Virus record (IMG/VR): IMGVR_UViG_3300045988_001082 | Coordinates: 1-6,551 of that record | Reading direction: 5' to 3' (one strand) | Length of the DNA: 6,551 nucleotides | Source of the DNA: a virus | Notes under the pieces: generated by a model | Told to the model about the DNA's origin: nothing | Seen by the model: only the letters and a program-made list of their open reading frames with translations | Databases searched by the model: none | Position numbers and translations under genes: made by a program | Shown: positions 4,260-6,551 of the stretch, one piece after another | Layout of the letters: each line of letters starts with the position of its first letter | How positions within the stretch are numbered: position 1 is the stretch's first letter

Positions 4260-6460
4260 TAGTCCAAACGAGGTATCGCAACACGGCTGATTGGTAATCG
4301 GGCGGTAGCATTAAACTTCACATAACCGAAAATTTTATCCGTGTACTCGGTAACGCTGAATACCTGATTAACCGTATCAGAGTCAACGAGTAAAAACTGT
4401 TGGCCAAGTTGAGGTAATCCGGAGAACACACGAGACATAATGAAATTTTTCATGTTAGTACGGAACAAGCCGTGCGCGCTATCATACTTAGCAACATATT
4501 CATACCATGGACGTTGATAACCGAATGTTTTATTCAATTGATTAGTACTGTCATTTGCAACAATATTCATTGGGCAAATTTCCTTATACGTAACAGGTTG
4601 GAAGCCGATACGGTCAAATTCCGGTTGATAGTGATCTAACAGACCGTTATATATAAAATCTTTAGGCAACAATTGCGTATAAATAGGTACAGGAGTCACA
4701 GTTAACAAACCAATAATATAAGACTCCTCATCACAGAACACTTCAATATTATTAGATGTAGAACCATAAACTCCAGCAATGCCAGTTTTAGAGCCAAGAG
4801 CTTCAGCATACTGTCCTTGAGAAGATGAGCCTTGTTGATCTACTGTTTGCTCAACAGTACGCATAGACAACTCGCGAGAAATACCTCCAATAAATTCAGG
4901 CATGAGAAGTTCATCAAAACGGATGTCAATATCCCAACGACCTTGCATAATCTGTTTGTATGAAAAACCTTTACGCATGTTAAGTTCCAAGAATTTTTGG
5001 TAAGCATTAACATAACGAAGAGTCTCAATAGTAAATCCAGAACCTTGTTCAGTAGCAAGAGCAGCTAATTCGGCATAAGAATTAATAGCAGTCACAGGCG
5101 TTTTTTCTGATACAGGATCATAATCAACACCTACAAGACGCTCACCATCTTCAGACACTTTATAAGATACACCGTATTTAGAGCCATCCTCATCAACAAG
5201 TACAGTTTGCTTTTGTACGGAGTAAGTTCCATCTTCAGAACGGGTAACAACATCACCTACTGTAAGCCCAACAAGAGGAGCATTCGCGCCTTGTTGCGGA
5301 TTCGGAACAGCGGTGGTTAAAAAATCACGTTCCCAATTACATTGATGAAGCTCATATAACGTAGTGTCGGCACCACCTTTCATGGTCGGAAGCCATTTAT
5401 TATAAACGGGACGACCATTAACTATAAATGGATTATTACGTATGTCACGATAATAAGCATTATAAACAGATTCATAAGCGCGAAAACGATAGGCCAACAA
5501 ACGAGGATTATTGGAACGATTTTCAGTAGCAAACGGATACGTACTATACTGCACATCATTTTGCAAAGCATAATACGTGTAAGTTACATTAAAAGAAATA
5601 TTAGCAAAACTAATAGGAGCAGCAGTATTAGGAGCAGTAACAACAACCATTGGGGTACCTTGGATATTACCCAAACTAGACGGGTCAATAGACGAAATAC
5701 TAAAACCGACAACACCATCAGCAGATTTTTTAAACTCAAGGGGTAAATCAAAACTGTAAGAAGCATCATCGGTAAGAAAAACAAAATAACCTCTTGCACC
5801 GTCAAAAACTCCAGATTGTCCACCAGTGAGGGTTACATCTATGCCAACTTGAGAAGTGGTAGAAGGAATAGGATTCGCAGAACCGCCGGTAACAAAAACA
5901 ATAGTTTGAGTACCATTAGTATTCAAAGAAGTAGTGCATACTTGAGAGGGAATACCGTTATTAGCGCGAATACTACTTATAACCTCAGATAAAACGACAT
6001 CCGTAACAGAACGAGAATTAACAGCGCAAGGTTTATCATGTAAAGTAGTAGTTAGAGAAATACGAGTTCCAAACGTAGGTAAACCTAAATAATCGCCTAA
6101 TGAACCAGTCCGACACATTTGATTAAAACGAAATGAATCAGGCAAAATATAAGGTTCTTCCAAATCATCACGGAAATTCGAAATAAAGTCGGAATAGTCT
6201 TCCCACATGGAACGAAGAGTTACCTTGAAGAAATTAAGACGAGCAAACATACGAGTCTGTACAGGAAATACCATAGGCATAAGTTCGAGACCAAACTCGG
6301 GATTAATACGAAGAGAACCTTTAGCAGGAACAAGCTCACAGAACACAGGAGTAATACGACCGAAATTAGTAGTCAAATTGTTCACATGAGACCAATCAAA
6401 TGAATTTACATCAATACGATTATTCGCATCAAACGTAGCGTCAAAAATGTTTTGTGCCAT
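4259..6460 (-). CDS. VP1: Microviridae major capsid protein (VP1, F-protein jelly-roll family), 733 aa
   Basis: A 733-aa ORF in the provided track. The N-terminus (FDWSHVNNLTTNFGRITPVFCELVPAKGSLRINPEFGLELMPMVFPV...ARLNFFKVTLRSMWEDY) matches the conserved microvirus VP1 pattern (SH...FG.I.P.FC.E.LP...L.P.V.P...FFFV..R..W). Its length is typical of the larger-capsid microvirus lineages. The start codon lies inside the terminal repeat; the first 12 codons are also seen at 1-36. Confidence 0.9.
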   Translation of the reverse strand: MAQNIFDATFDANNRIDVNSFDWSHVNNLTTNFGRITPVFCELVPAKGSLRINPEFGLELMPMVFPVQTRMFARLNFFKVTLRSMWEDYSDFISNFRDDLEEPYILPDSFRFNQMCRTGSLGDYLGLPTFGTRISLTTTLHDKPCAVNSRSVTDVVLSEVISSIRANNGIPSQVCTTSLNTNGTQTIVFVTGGSANPIPSTTSQVGIDVTLTGGQSGVFDGARGYFVFLTDDASYSFDLPLEFKKSADGVVGFSISSIDPSSLGNIQGTPMVVVTAPNTAAPISFANISFNVTYTYYALQNDVQYSTYPFATENRSNNPRLLAYRFRAYESVYNAYYRDIRNNPFIVNGRPVYNKWLPTMKGGADTTLYELHQCNWERDFLTTAVPNPQQGANAPLVGLTVGDVVTRSEDGTYSVQKQTVLVDEDGSKYGVSYKVSEDGERLVGVDYDPVSEKTPVTAINSYAELAALATEQGSGFTIETLRYVNAYQKFLELNMRKGFSYKQIMQGRWDIDIRFDELLMPEFIGGISRELSMRTVEQTVDQQGSSSQGQYAEALGSKTGIAGVYGSTSNNIEVFCDEESYIIGLLTVTPVPIYTQLLPKDFIYNGLLDHYQPEFDRIGFQPVTYKEICPMNIVANDSTNQLNKTFGYQRPWYEYVAKYDSAHGLFRTNMKNFIMSRVFSGLPQLGQQFLLVDSDTVNQVFSVTEYTDKIFGYVKFNATARLPISRVAIPRLD

Positions 6461-6551
6461 TAAATTGAGGTTTAATTGTTAATGAATCTACCTTTTGCTG
6501 AGTAGTTTGTTGAGAATCTTGTTTTGAATTAGAATTTTTCCAAAACACAGA

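Noticed and set aside
4840-5058. 72-aa minus-strand ORF inside VP1
   Set aside because: An alternate frame of the capsid gene with no independent signals.
5584-5823. 79-aa poly-leucine ORF (…LLLLLLILLLLLVLLIFLLM) on the minus strand inside VP1 in an alternate frame
   Set aside because: Extreme Leu homopolymer composition is typical of an off-frame reading of an AT-rich coding region. It has no independent start context or coupling signal. An E-like embedded gene is conceivable, but nothing in the sequence supports it.

Overview
The whole window is one complete, circularly permuted genome of a small ssDNA phage of the family Microviridae. Bases 1-127 are identical to 6425-6551, which gives a unit length of 6424 nt. 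The window shows the strand complementary to the coding strand, so every credible gene reads on the minus strand.

Gene order in coding sense, from high to low coordinates:
- VP1 major capsid protein, 733 aa, 6460->4259.
- A 53-aa ORF joined to VP1 by a TAATG stop/start overlap.
- A 265-nt non-coding region (3833-4097) containing nested imperfect inverted repeats, small hairpins, a GCGCGCG tract and a (CA)5 run.
- A 107-aa ORF that may be the scaffold protein.
- A phiX174 H-like DNA pilot protein (VP2) whose glycine-rich N-terminal part (91 aa) and coiled-coil body (295 aa) lie in different frames with a 13-nt overlap.
- A GC-rich hairpin followed by a short T-run immediately after the VP2 stop, which looks like a terminator.
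- VP4 rolling-circle replication initiator, 451 aa, with motifs I, II (HUH) and III (YxxKY) identified.
- A cassette of four tightly start/stop-coupled small ORFs (57, 59, 54 and 71 aa, the last with a predicted transmembrane helix) that runs into VP1 across the circular junction.

The large VP1, the lack of Shine-Dalgarno sequences and two TAnnTTTG motifs suggest a Bacteroidetes-associated, Alpavirinae-like lineage, but that is inference. No RNA genes, CRISPR arrays or host flanks are present.
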